From contig NC_042999.1 in the NCBI RefSeq assembly GCF_006345805.1, positions 62,558,001 to 62,622,000 on the forward strand: a DNA stretch of 64,000 bases. The letters run 5' to 3'. Positions 39,701 through 52,709 of the stretch are shown here, one piece after another (the first letter of the stretch is position 1; each line of letters starts with the position of its first letter). The translations under genes and the position numbers were made by a program. The notes beneath the pieces are model-generated. The model searched no databases. It saw nothing but the letters and a program-made list of their open reading frames with translations, and was not told the origin of the DNA. Origin of the DNA: Octopus sinensis (Eukaryota).

Positions 39701-40340
39701 TTAATGATTGCGAATTGAATGGAATATCAGGGTTTATTAATATTAAATATGGAATTTTTATTTCTGGGAAGGCATTGTTTTGTTATTTTGTGTGAAGATT
39801 TATATGTTATCTGTGTGTATGTATTCTCATGTACTCTTACATATATGTGTGTGCAGTAGGTATGCCATAGAACTTTTAAGCAAATGCTAGAATACTTAAT
39901 ACATGGAGTTAGTGTTTATATTATCTATTTATAATTTACTGCTTCATTACTCTGAGTTTCATGCCAAGTTTTAGAAAAGAATACTTTAGCACGCAGTCAC
40001 CTAATGACTGCTCAATGAGAAATTCAGACTGATGGTGATGATGATAATGCAAAATGTTAAACGCTGAATTATATATAACAAAAAATACTATTTTTCAAGC
40101 TACATTAGATATTAACTTTTATAAGGTTTTCATGTGTATGGATGTGTGTTTAAAGTTGGCAGTAAGCCAGTTGGTGTGGTAAGATTACATAATGGCCAAG
40201 TGAGTTACACTTGTAAATATCAGCCAAATCAGTTTTACCAATTTTCATAATTTACTTTCTGGTTGAGCTAGACAAAGTATATAAATTGAATTGATGATAC
40301 TTTGTCTTGCTGCATTTATATATATATATATATATAATAT

Positions 40341-40697
40341 TAGGGAGTATATCCAAACTTATAGGGAAAAATTAGATCTAGGATTAAATAAAATTTCACA
40401 GTATAAATATAAATTAAATTAGAGATAAAACCACTATTAGGCAACTCAAACAGTGATAGACATAAACCAAAACATAAAAGACAAAAAATAAATATAATTA
40501 ATATAATATATAATATATATATGAAATATAAAATTTAAAATTTAAAATTTATATTTTTATATTTTTAAATTTTTAAACTTAAAAATTTTTTTTTAATATA
40601 ACTAACCAAAAAGTATAAAAAAGTTAAATATAATATAATAAGTAATATCACTGTTTGAGTTGCCTAATAGTGGTTTTATCTCTAATTTAATTTATAT
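40341..40697. mobile_element. (TA)n-embedded element with perfect 52-bp inverted repeat
   Basis: 40407-40458 is the exact reverse complement of 40646-40697. Confidence 0.85.
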
Positions 40698-43114
40698 ATA
40701 TATATAATAAATGAAAAATGTTTCTGTTAATTATGTAATAAAAATATATATTTTAGTCTCTTTAGTATTACTTTTTAAGGGCAGCTCATTTATTAATAAA
40801 GTTAGCAACTTACTGGAGTTGTTATAACGCCTTTATGTTAACTGAAAGAATTAAATAAATGAAATTTTGCTTCACTGACTGCTAAATATGTGCGTTGTGT
40901 GGATCTTAACAGTAGTTTTTAATTGTAGCTACATTGAACTATTAAGTATATGTGTGTGAGTGTGTATATGTATATATACATATATATTGTATATGTAGTC
41001 TTTAAATTGTTGGCTGGATTAAACTCTCATAAGAAACATAGACACTGAAATAAAAACAAAAGGAAAAGAAAAAAATGCTCTTAGATTATACATCAAAATC
41101 AACAGGAGAATCTATAACCATATATATATATATTATCATGGGAAAATGGTGAGGATTTTTCAGATTCAACATTAATTACTGTTTCTAGCATAGGTATAAG
41201 GCCTGGTATTTGGGGGAAGAGAGTTAGCTAATACCATTGTCTCCAATACATAACTGACACTTTATTTCATTGACCCAAGAGGGTGATGAAAAATAATATT
41301 GACCTCAATGGAATTTGAACTCAGGACATAAAGATCAACTATTGCAAAGCATTTTCTCCTATGCGCTAATGATTTTGGCAGTTCATCTCCCTTATTCAAA
41401 TGCTAATAATAGAGCCAATTTAACATATTGATATAGAACGATAATTGATATTCAGAAATATGTATGACATGCTTAAATTTTTCAGCTTATAATCAAGAAG
41501 TATATGACTTAATTTATCCAATAATTATTAGAATATTTAAATATTAAAAAAAAATCAAAAACAGTTATCAACAAAATTTATAATCAGATGAGGTCGTCAA
41601 AAATATATCTGTAGGAAAAAGGAAAAGTTAAACCTAAAAGTGTCTGTCTGTTAAATCTTCTTCTTTGTATTTGTCTTTTGTGTGATTCTTTCCTTTCTGT
41701 AAATATTCAGCTGCTTTAATTTAGTTTTATTTTGTTGTTTTATGTTTATTTACCATCCTAGCATTCATAAGCTGGGTGTGTAAATATTTATATTTGTTTC
41801 AGTCAGTGTTTTGTAGATGAATATCTAATCCTATTCCAGTACCTGGGTAGACTACTTGAGATGTTAGAGTAAATACCTCTCTTGACGACACAAGACATTG
41901 TCTGCAACAAGGCTTCAACCTGTGGCCTAGGAATAAGCATTTACTACACTTTTAACTCCAACTAACATTGATTTGTTCACAACCAACCCAGTCCTTTAGG
42001 ATTCCAAATTATTTCTATATTGATGAGCTTTTCCAGTAGTTCACTGTGTTTTCTGTAGTTACATATCTGTTGCAGATACAATTCTTGATAACATTAAATT
42101 TTATGCTAGAAATTGGTGAGACAAGAATCAAAGTAAATTACTACAGGAGACTATTTTATACCTCAGACCCTTGATTAGCAGCCTTACCAAACTAATTGTT
42201 GTTTTAAATTCCCTTTCATACACAACAAAAATAAGCAATAATCACTTATTTAAATTCGTTGTAAGCAATGTAAGTAGTATTAGTTCAAAACTGCATTTTG
42301 CATATCTTACTTAATGTAGATATACTGTGAGGAAGCCACAATATTATATAGATGTGCTACAAAGTTGCACTATGCATCAGTAGCATCACCACTGCTAGAT
42401 GCTTGGCATCTGCTAGTGACACACTTCTGTGCTTTTTAGTACTATACATCTATACAAAATGCTTTCTCAAGACAAATACCACAGTATTGTGGCTTCCTTA
42501 TAGTATATCCACATTAAGTAAGATGTACAGAATGCTATTTATTTAAATGCCTTTCATTGCCAAATAAATCAGCTTTCACACTGATAATATTTGAAATGTT
42601 GGAATGAAACAAATGGTTTCTGACTTAGACACAAGGACAGCAATTTTGAAGAGAATAACTAGTTTGATTATTATCAACCCCAGTACTTGACTAGTACATT
42701 ATTTTATCAACCCCAAAGAATGAAAGGTAAAATTGACCCCAGCAGGATTTGAACTCAGGAATGTAAAGAGCCGGAACAAATACTGCAAAGCATTTTACCC
42801 AATGCTCTAACAATTCTGCCAAGCTCACTGCCTTGAAAACAAATATTAAAGACAACAAACATCATACATTTAATTCCTGATTTAGACTAAGCTTTATTTC
42901 TCTCCTGTCATTAATAGCCTAATAATAATAAGTTATTTCTCAACTTATTAACCCTTTAAAAATTTCCACATTAGTATATGCCTGTTTTTCCCTGCAAGCA
43001 TGGCTTAGAGGAATATGTTATTAAGACACTGTTTTAAAGTCAGATACCCAGGCTGTCACTAAGCTTTGTTTTTCAAGAAACGGAGCTCCTATTCAATAAT
43101 TTCATATATCCAAA

Positions 43115-43615
43115 GCACCATCCAAACATGGTCAATGTCAGCCCCCTTGCCCTGACTGGCTCCTGTGCTGGTGGCATGTAAAAAGCACCATCCGAATGTG
43201 GTCGATGCCAGCACCACCTGACTGGCTCCTGTGCCAGTGGCATGTAAAATACACCATCCGAACATGGTCAATGCCAGCACCCTTGCCTCGACTGGCTCCT
43301 GTGCCTATGGCATGTAAAAAGCACCATCTGAATGTGGTCGATGCCAGCAATGCCTGACCAGCTCCTGTGCCAGTGGCACATAAAATGCACCATCCGAACA
43401 TGGTCGATGCCAGCCCCCTTGCCTCGACTGGCTCCTGTGCCTGTGGCATGTAAATAGCACTCACTACACTCTTGGAGTGGTTGATGTTAGGAAGGGCATC
43501 CAGCTGTAAAAAAACATTGCCAGATCAGATTAGAGCCTGGTGCAGCCTCCTGGCTTGTCAAACCCCAGTCCAACCCATGCCAGCATAGAAAACAGATATT
43601 AAATGATGATGATGA
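43115..43615 (+). mobile_element. Same retroposon family with alternating 70/66-bp tandem array
   Basis: Units start at 43115, 43185, 43251, 43321, 43387 and 43457, followed by the ggaagggcatccagctg...gatgatgat tail. Confidence 0.8.
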
Positions 43616-43640
43616 GAGAGAGATAGATAAATATACACAC

Positions 43641-43688
<48 letters not shown>

Positions 43689-43699
43689 AAATAACAATG

Positions 43700-44600
43700 G
43701 GAATACTAGTATGTCTAGATGATGTGTAGCCAGATTAGCCATAAAAGTATTTTTGGTAGTCTTGATGCAGCATCTTATGCACTCTAGAATAAATATGTAA
43801 AATATGTAGCTGAGATGCACACTTACGCACATACATACATACATGCATCTAGAATCCAAGAACAGGAGATTGCTAAGAAATACATACTAAACAAGTGACA
43901 CTGAAGCCTTTGGAGTTCCAAGATGCAACCGAAAATGTAGAATGTGTCATAATTCTGTGGAAGACGTCACACATGGGATTAGCAGCTGCCCAAAAATGTC
44001 ATCAAAATACTACCTCCCTATGCAACATGATGTTGTCGCAAAAACAATATACAATGCTATCCAGAAAAAAGACTGTCCTGGAACAAATATAGAGAATCAC
44101 CCTGTTATTGAATACAAAGACAGACATCAACACAAGGAATACAAGTGGAACATTCCCATCAAAATATCTGCCATATGTAAACCTAACTGGCTGGATTTTT
44201 GCTGTTTGGGACAGACTATGAAATGTATGTACCATCATAGAGGTCAGCTGTCCTGCTGATGAATAGCTCTTTGAAAATCAAAGAGAAAGAGGATAATTAT
44301 GGACAATTGATTTGAGACTTCCAGATTATAAATTCACATTTATACCAATAATAATTTATACAATTGGTCTTGTGAGTAAATGCCTAAGTAATGATCCTGA
44401 TAAGCTAAGGTTTTCAGAAAAAGAAGTCAATCAACTGATTCTCTCATTATAAATGCAATCTATAAGTGGAACAGTAAAAATATACGAGACTTTTCTCAAG
44501 TTTAGAATGTGACATTAAGTCATATACATTCCAACAATGGAGCTTCGTGTCTTTGTTAGAAACCAGCTCCTTTCTTAGAGGAAAAATTTAAATAATTATA
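43700..44600 (+). mobile_element. Non-LTR retrotransposon 3' fragment with CCHC knuckle and restriction-like endonuclease (R4/Dong/NeSL-like)
   Basis: Peptides C..C..SVEDVTHGISSC, HDVVAKTIY, WNIPIK and IIEVSCP are typical of RLE-type elements. Lies between microsatellites. Confidence 0.7.
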
Positions 44601-45837
44601 AACAAAACATACATACATGCATGCACACTCACACACACACACAAATACCTGCATGCACACACACATACATATATAAATAAGCTTCAAAGAAAGATAAAGA
44701 GGGAAAAAACTAAGAGGTTAAGTCAGAACAAAAAGAATCCACAATAAATATTTCTTCCTTCAATTATTAGCTCCTAATGGAGTCATAGTGAAACCATCAC
44801 GGCATACAGCACATTTTGATCATTTTAAACCTAGCAGAACCTAGTGTCCTCCACATCCAAACATAACCAATCTTTTTTGAGAAAGAATAGCAAAGTTGAT
44901 GCTGACAGGATTTGGGCTCAGAGTGAAGGGAGGCCAAATGATTACCACAAGGCTTTCTACCCGATGCCCTAATGGCTTTGCCAATTTACTACCTAATAAG
45001 AAATTAACTTAATAACATTAAGGAAACTGTTTTAATTAAGTAAGCAGAGGAAACTATATTTAAAATGTTGATTCTATGAGCAAATTACTCAGGGATGTCT
45101 TCTGCTTGGAAAGCAATAGCTAAGTTAGTGTTAACATAATCAATGTAGTGAGCATTAAAAAAAAGATTATTGACAGCTCATAAGAAAATTTCTTAATTGC
45201 CATGACAATATTGTACATCTCAGCAAGTATGATGAATCCTGTTTATCACTGTTGAGGTCTAAGACTGAAACATGTCCAGAGTTGTCTCCTATTCTTGCTA
45301 GAATGATGACAATAATATTAGGTATTGGAACAATGTTGGCTTCATCACCATATAATCATTTTTAAATAGATTAGCAAGAGAGAAGATAGCACTCCATTGA
45401 CCCCTGGAATATGGTTGTCCAATATGCAGTAGTGTATCCCATATGAACTGTAGGTGCATGAGAGGGGCAGTGAGATCGCAGGCAAGCTAACAATGAAGTC
45501 AGATTTCATATGTAGCAAATGAAAATAAAGGAGTAATTAGTTGTTAGAAAACCTTTTATCTTTTGCTTGTTTCAGTCACTAGGCTGCAGCCATGCTGGGG
45601 CACCACCTTCAAAGTTTGTAGTTGAACAAACCAACTCTAGTTTTGTCTTTTAAGTCTGGTACTTGTTTTCTTGGTCTCTTGTGCTGAACCACTAAGTTAC
45701 AGGGAAATAAACAAACAAACATCAGTTGTCGAGCAGTAAAGATGGAAACAAGCACAAAGACACACACACATAGACGTATACACAAATACATATATGTGTA
45801 TATATATATATATATATAAATTATTGGCTTCCACATA

Positions 45838-46651
45838 GGCACAGGAGTGGCTGTGTGGTAAGTAGCTTGCTTACCAACATGGTTCCGGGTTCATTCCCAC
45901 TGCGTGGCACCTTGGGCAAGTGTCTTCTACTATAGCCTCGGGCTGACCAAAGTGGATTTGGTTGATGGAAACTGAAAGAAGCCCGTCATATATATGTATG
46001 TATATATATATATGTATGTGTGTGTGTGTGTTTGTCACCCCAACATCGCTTGACAACCAATGCTGGTGTGTTTACGTCCCTGTAACTTAACAGTTCAGCA
46101 AAAGAGACTGATAGAATAAGTATTAGGCTTACAAAGAATAAGTCCTGGGGTCGATTTGCTCGACTAAAGGCGGTGCTCCAGCATGGCCACAGTCAAATGA
46201 CTGAAACAAGTAAAAGAGTATATATGAAGTGTAATGTTACATGTGTAGGAGTGACTGTGTGGTTAGTAGCTTGCTTACCAACCACATGGTTCCGGGTTCA
46301 GTCCCACTGCATGGCACCTTGGGCAAGTGTCTTCTACTATTGCCTCAGGCCAACCAAAGCCTTGTGAGTGGATTTGGTAGACGGAAACTGAAAGAAGCCC
46401 ATCATATATGTATGTGTGTGTGTGTGTGTGTATATGTTTGTGTGTCTGTATTTGTTCCCCCCGCCCAACATTGCTTGACAACTGATGGTGATGTGTTTAC
46501 GTATCCATAACTTAGTGGTTCAGCAAAAGCGACCGATAGAATAAGTACTAGGCTTACAAAGAATAAGCCCTGGGACCGATTTGCTCGACTAAAGGTGGTG
46601 CTCCAGCATGGCCACAGTCAAATGACTGAAACAAATAAAAGAGTAAAAGAG
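45838..46651 (+). mobile_element. Two head-to-tail SINE family A copies
   Basis: Copies at about 45838-46218 and 46245-46651. Confidence 0.9.
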
Positions 46652-47012
46652 GGTGGTAAAACATGAGCACTGAAGTCAGAAAATATGCAAAGGCTGGAAA
46701 AAAAATGAAGAGAACATACTCAAGACAATATATAAATGAACTGAGAAAATAACTGGATGTAAGAGCAATCAGATACAAGACAGAATACTGTAGTCAGACA
46801 TATGAGACGAATGGATGAAGAAAGTTTGGTAAAGAAATTCCAAGTAGAAGGAATTTGTAGAAGATGAAACCATGGAAAGAAATGGTGAAGGCTGATCTCA
46901 AGAGGTTGAACTTCACAAATGAGATAACATAGAACTGCAACAAGTCGTAGGACATAGAGCTAGAGAAGACATACCAAGACAATGCAACCTGGCTGGCTCC
47001 ATTTCCAACAAT

Positions 47013-47636
47013 ATATTTATTTCTTTATTGCCCACAAGGGGCTAAACATAGAGGAGACAAACAAGAACAGATAAAGAGATTAAGTCAATTACAACGTAAA
47101 AAAAGACAAAATACCTATTTCTAAACACAGAGAGGACAGACAAACGGATTAAATCAATTATATCAACCGCAGTGCATAACTGGTACTTATTGGTGGAATT
47201 TGAACTCAGAACGTAAAGATAGACAAAATACCTATTTCTTTACTACCCACAAGGGGCTAAACATAGAGGGGACAAACAAGAACAGACAAAGAAATTAAGT
47301 CGATTACATCGATCCCAGTACGCAGTTGGTATTTATTTCATCAACCCCGAAAGGATGAAAGGCAAAGTTGACCTCGGTGGAATTTGAACTCAGAACGTAA
47401 AGACAGACAAAATACCTATTTCTTTACTACCCATAAGGGGCTAAACACAGAGAGGACAGACAAAGGGATTAAGTCGATTATATCAACCCCAGTGCATAAC
47501 TGGTACTTAATTTATTGACCCCGAAAAGATGAAAGGCAAAGTCGACCTCGGTGGAATTTGAACTCAGAACGTAAAGACAGATGAAATGCCGCTAAGCATT
47601 TCGCCCAATGTGCTAACGTTTCTGCTAGCTCACGGC
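47013..47636 (-). mobile_element. SINE with Nin/Deu-like central domain, internally tandem-amplified (about 190-bp units)
   Basis: Reverse complement contains ccgaggtcgactttgcctttcatc.tttcggggtc.ataaattaagtaccag; the 3' part is repeated about 3 times. Confidence 0.8.
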
Positions 47637-48319
47637 CTTTTTCCACAATATATTGCAAAATAGTTTCCTTTGCTCAGCAGTTTCTTACACTGCCCACAAA
47701 CATTAGATCCTACCCCTAGTGATTTAGTCGTGCACTGCTCTTAATATTGCTCACTTCTTCCTTTACAATGCATCACAGAATACTGTGTTGCTTGCCTTGA
47801 GAAGATCTCTCATATAGACTCATGATGCATAAAAGCAATTGTAATTTTATTGTTGGTAGATGAGAAACATCTGCTACAGCCGCCACAGTGCCAGATTATG
47901 TGATTTCATCCTGCTAAGGGCTCATCACTGACAGATGTCCAGCAGTGATATAACAGCTGAATCTTCCATCAACAATGTATAGAATAACAGTGTCTATTCA
48001 AGCCAGTGGACTTAGTAAAACATAATTAATAACAACAGAAACAATATTAATACCAAATGGAAATCTTGATATCCACCTTAATGAGGAGGTTGTGTTAGAT
48101 CACAGAATACTCCACTATTTAACTTGAGAGGAATTCTTATATGGATTTGTGGTACATAAAAGCACTTGTAATTATATTGTTGATAGTCAAAAACCATCTG
48201 CTACAACTGCCGGAACTGTCAGATCATGTGATTTAGCTATATACATATAACCATAGCAGGTAGAGTGGTTGATGTCTTTTCCAACCATGCCCCACATTTA
48301 GTAATTGATAGGATTACAA

Positions 48320-48590
48320 TCAGGGGAATTAGGGGGCCAGAAATTGGGGCTGGTGAAGATTTTAGAAGTTCTCCAGCAACCACTTCTGACTCTTTCCAGA
48401 AGTATGGCAAAGAGCCAGATCTTGCTGCCATATGTGAGGCTTTCCTACAGCAACCCTCTCCATCCAGAGTTTGGCCACAGTCTTCAACAGCTTCACATAG
48501 CCACCTGAATTGAGCCTAAGACCCTGTTCAAAGACATGGGTCAGCATGACATCACCTTCACTGGAGATACACCCAAAGACCATCATAGTT
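48320..48590 (-). mobile_element. Tc1-like transposase fragment
   Basis: MMVFGCISSEG...WQQDLALCH corresponds to the Tc1 'VMVWG...QQDxAPxH' motifs. Confidence 0.75.
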
Positions 48591-48897
48591 TAATGATGAT
48601 CATTATGACAAATGATAACCATGATTTTAAGTTTCATGCAAAGGTGATGCTTCTGTGCTCATCAGATAGGTATGTTATGGATCTGAGTCCAACACTGCTA
48701 AAAATGTCTGCTACAGAAGATCTGCACACAAAATTTTTGAGAAAGAAAAATGGTTATAAGAGAAAGAACAAATTGTCATGACTGAGAGGAGCAGTAACTC
48801 ATGACCAAGACTTGAAGGGTTAATTCCCTAGCTAGGAGAAAGTTCATTGGGATCAAAGACTGAACTTCCAGGCCACACTGCACCTATGCTGTATTGC

Positions 48898-49102
48898 TTT
48901 GACTGTGGTGATGCTGGGGAACCACCTTAAAGGGTTTTAGTTGAACAAATAGATCCCAGGACTTATTCTTTGTAAACCTAGTTCTTATTCTATCAGTCTC
49001 TTTTGCTGGACCACTGGGTTACAGGGACGTAAACACACAAACATTGGTTGTCAAGAAATTGTGGTGGGACAGTGCACAAATGTAAAATATATACATATGT
49101 AT

Positions 49103-49165
<63 letters not shown>

Positions 49166-49352
49166 CATACATACATACATACATGTATACAATGGGCTTC
49201 TTTCAATTTCCATCTACCAAATCCACTCACAAGGCTTTGGTCGGTTTGAGGCTGTAGCTGAAGACACTTACCCAAGGTGCCATGCAGTGAGACTGAACCT
49301 GGAACTATGCACTTGGAAAGCAAGTTTCTTACCACACAGTCACACCTGTGTC
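48898..49352 (-). mobile_element. SINE family A
   Basis: Reverse-complement copy with expanded internal TA/TACA tract. Confidence 0.85.
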
Positions 49353-49362
49353 TATATTTACT

Positions 49363-49394
<32 letters not shown>

Positions 49395-49399
49395 AGTTT

Positions 49400-49866
49400 A
49401 TATAAATAAGGATAAGATCGTTATTTAAATATCAATCTTATCAAGTGCCCAGCATGGGAATAAAAACCTTCAAAGGTAATAATTATTATTAAAATTATAA
49501 TTTAGGGTATCGAACGGATACCACCACGCTGGAAATAGCAGCAAAAACTTGACTCTAAAACCACATTAAATGTTCATACAGCACCAGGAGAGAAGACAAA
49601 AAGACAAAATAAACTAGCAAAAATTTACTGGATAATTCCAGATCCCGGATTTCTGACTCTGCATAAGAAATGCTTTGCCTCATCAGTGGAATATACACAG
49701 ATAGCGCATAAATACAAATATATATATATATAACATATGAATACTTACATACATACTTTTTGTCTTCTCTCCTGGTTCTGGATGAACATTTAATGTGGTT
49801 TTAGAGTCAAGTTTTGGATGCTAATTGCAGTGTGGTGGTATCTCTTAGATACCCTAAATTATAATT
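49400..49866. mobile_element. (TA)n-embedded element with about 110-bp inverted arms and a hammerhead-like motif (Penelope-like)
   Basis: Arms at 49493-49603 and 49756-49866; minus-strand CTGATGA...GAAA motif at 49632-49694. Confidence 0.75.
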
Positions 49867-49867
49867 A

Positions 49868-49926
<59 letters not shown>

Positions 49927-50214
49927 CACAGATGTGATCCAGAGATTCTCTTTATAGAAGACACTTAGTAATGCTCAAAAGATTCAAACTTAGACTCTGA
50001 TGTCTTTAAAAAGGATCCTTCCACAAGGTAAAGGAAGCCTATAAGAGGGATCATGTTGAGTGAGTATAGAGACAATTATGCAGATAAACAAATTAAATAC
50101 ATCAAATAAATTAAATATATTAAATACATCAAATGCAATATATGTATACATGCAAAACAAGAGAAAGAAAAAGGTGGAGACTTTCAGATGATAAATTTTT
50201 AAATATAAATATAT

Positions 50215-50609
50215 AGGTGCAGGAGTGGCTGTTTGGTATGTAGCTTGCTTACCAACCACATGGTTCTGGGTTCAGTCCCACTGCGTGGTACCTTGGGCAA
50301 GTGTCTTTTACTATAGCCGCGAGCCAATCAAAGCCTTGTGAGTGGATTTGGTTGACAGAAACAGAAAGAAGCTCATCGTATATATGTGTATGCATATATA
50401 TATATATGTGTGTGTCCGCGTTTGTCCTCCCAACATCGCTTGACAACTGATGCTGGTACGTTTACGTCCCCATAACTTAGCGGTTTGGCAAAAGAGACAG
50501 ATAGAATATGTACTTGGCTTACAAAGAATAAATCCTGGGGTTGATTTGCTCGACTAAAGGCAGTGCTCCAGCATGGTTGCAGTCAAATGACTGAAACAAG
50601 TAAAAGAGA
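50215..50609 (+). mobile_element. SINE family A
   Basis: Full-length copy. Confidence 0.9.
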
Positions 50610-51358
50610 TATTTATATTAATAAGTCATCATCATCATCGTCATCATCATCATCGTTTAGCGTCCATTTTCCATGCTAGCATGGGTTGGATGGTTCAACT
50701 GGGGTCTGTGAAGCCAGAAGGCTTCATCAGGCTTAGTCAGATCTGGCAGTGTTTCTACGGCTGGATGCCCTTCCTAATGCCAACCACTCCGTGAGTGTAG
50801 TGGGTGCTTTTTACATGCCACCCACACAGGTGCCAGACAGAGCTGGCAAACAGCCACGAACGGATGGTGCTTTTTATGTGCCACCGGCACGGGGACCAGG
50901 CGAGGCTGGCAAAGTCCAACTTACAAAAAGTACAAATGACAAAGAAAATTAAATGGGTGGAAGAAACAGCTGTTTGTGTAGGCTCGTCCATCCATAATAA
51001 TGTTGGTAGATTTAGTTCATCACAATAGGCAGTCGTATGGATGCAGTTAACATTGGCTGAGATCAGCTCCCATCGTCAGGGTAGAGAAGATTTTACATTT
51101 CAGATCTTAATGCAGAGAAGTTCAACAAAATTTACCAACATTATTATGGATTGCCAAACCTACAGAAACAACTGTTAAACTTGCAACTCCTTTCTTCCAT
51201 CCATTAATTTTCTCAGTCATTTGTACTCTGTGTAAGTTGGAGCTATTTATATAAATATCTATATGTTTATACTTAAAAATTCATCATCTCAAAGTCTCCA
51301 CCTTTTGCTTTCTCTCATTTTGCATGTATACATACATACATACATACATACATACATA

Positions 51359-51738
51359 CACTTGCGTCAGAAATTAATTAGCACTTCTCAAATTTCTACA
51401 TTAAATAGGTTAAATCAATTAACCTATGAGCTGTTCAAAACGTCTTACGCGATGAGAAAACTTAGTATGGTGTGATTTCGGTCCTTGCGAGGCGCTACCT
51501 ATATCTATTAAACAAAGGAAGATTTGTCTGCATCCGCACTCCAAGTTGTTGTTGCACTGCTATGTCAACATCATAAGGCTGTAGACTCTCAAACTGCTCT
51601 GCAAACAAAGTTACGTCATCGTTCTGCGCAACAGTGAACTCGCAACAAAGCAATAGTTCGAGATATGGCCACTAGGTGACAGCACATACCTTGAGTGAAG
51701 AGCAAATCAAGGGTGCTAATTAATTTCTGACGGTAGTG
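51359..51738. mobile_element. Tc1/mariner-type MITE
   Basis: TA flanks; TIRs cacttgcgtcagaaattaattagcac / gtgctaattaatttctgacggtagtg. Confidence 0.88.
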
Positions 51739-51835
51739 TACATAGAATAATATATTTAATACATTTGATGTATCTAATTTGTTTATCTGCATAATTGCCT
51801 ATATATGTATGTGTGTGTATGTATATGTATATATA

Positions 51836-52146
51836 TTGTTGTTGTTTGTTCCTTCTCGGGCCATGCCTGGCTCATAAGGGCCGGTTTCCCAGTTTCCTTG
51901 GCCTATAGGTTCCCCACCTGGATGGGATGCCAGTCCGTCGCAGGTGAGCTGCAAGATGCAGGAGGAAAGAGTGAGAGAAAGTTGTGGCGAAAGAGTAAGC
52001 AGAAGTTCACCATTACCTTCTGCTGGAGCAGCATGGAGTTTAGGTGTTTTGCTCATGAACACACACATCGCCCGTTCTGAGGTTCAAGCCTGTTATCCCT
52101 CGACCGCGAGTCCTCTGCTCTAACCACTAGGCCATGTGCCTCCACA
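51836..52146 (-). mobile_element. Same SINE as 23605-23916
   Basis: Near-identical body and (AAC)n tail. Confidence 0.88.
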
Positions 52147-52158
52147 TGTATATGTATG

Positions 52159-52189
<31 letters not shown>

Positions 52190-52362
52190 ATAGAGAGAGA
52201 GAGAGAAAGAGAGAGAGATAGAGAGACCAATAGAATAAGTACTAGCCTTCCAAAGAATAAGTCCTGGGGTCGATTTGCTCGACGAAAGGCGGTGCTCCAG
52301 CATGGCCACAGTCAAATGACTGAAACAAGTAAAGAGAGAAAAAAAGAGAATATATATATATA

Positions 52363-52709
52363 TTTACTTGTTTCAGTCATTTGACTGTGGCCATGCTGGA
52401 GCACCGCCTTTACTCGAGCAAATCGACCCCAGGACTTATTCTTTGGAAGCCTAGTACTTATTCTATCAGTCTCTTTTGCCGAACCGCTAAGTTACGCTAT
52501 CGTAAACACACCACCATCGGTTATCAAGCGATGTTGGAGGGACAAACATATATACACACACGACAGGCTTCTTTCAGATTCCGTCTACCAAATCCACTCA
52601 CAAGGCATTAGTCGGCCCGAGGCTATAGTAGAAGACACTTGCCCAAGGTGCCATGCAGTAGGACTGAACCCAGAACCATGTGGTTTGTAAGCAAGCTACT
52701 CCTGTGCCT
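52363..52709 (-). mobile_element. SINE family A (tail-to-tail with a + strand tail fragment at 52223-52333)
   Basis: Reverse-complement copy. Confidence 0.88.

Noticed and set aside
47770-48235. Two diverged ~130-bp direct repeats, possibly LINE endonuclease remnants on the minus strand
   Set aside because: Too degenerate to assign by eye; no intact frame.
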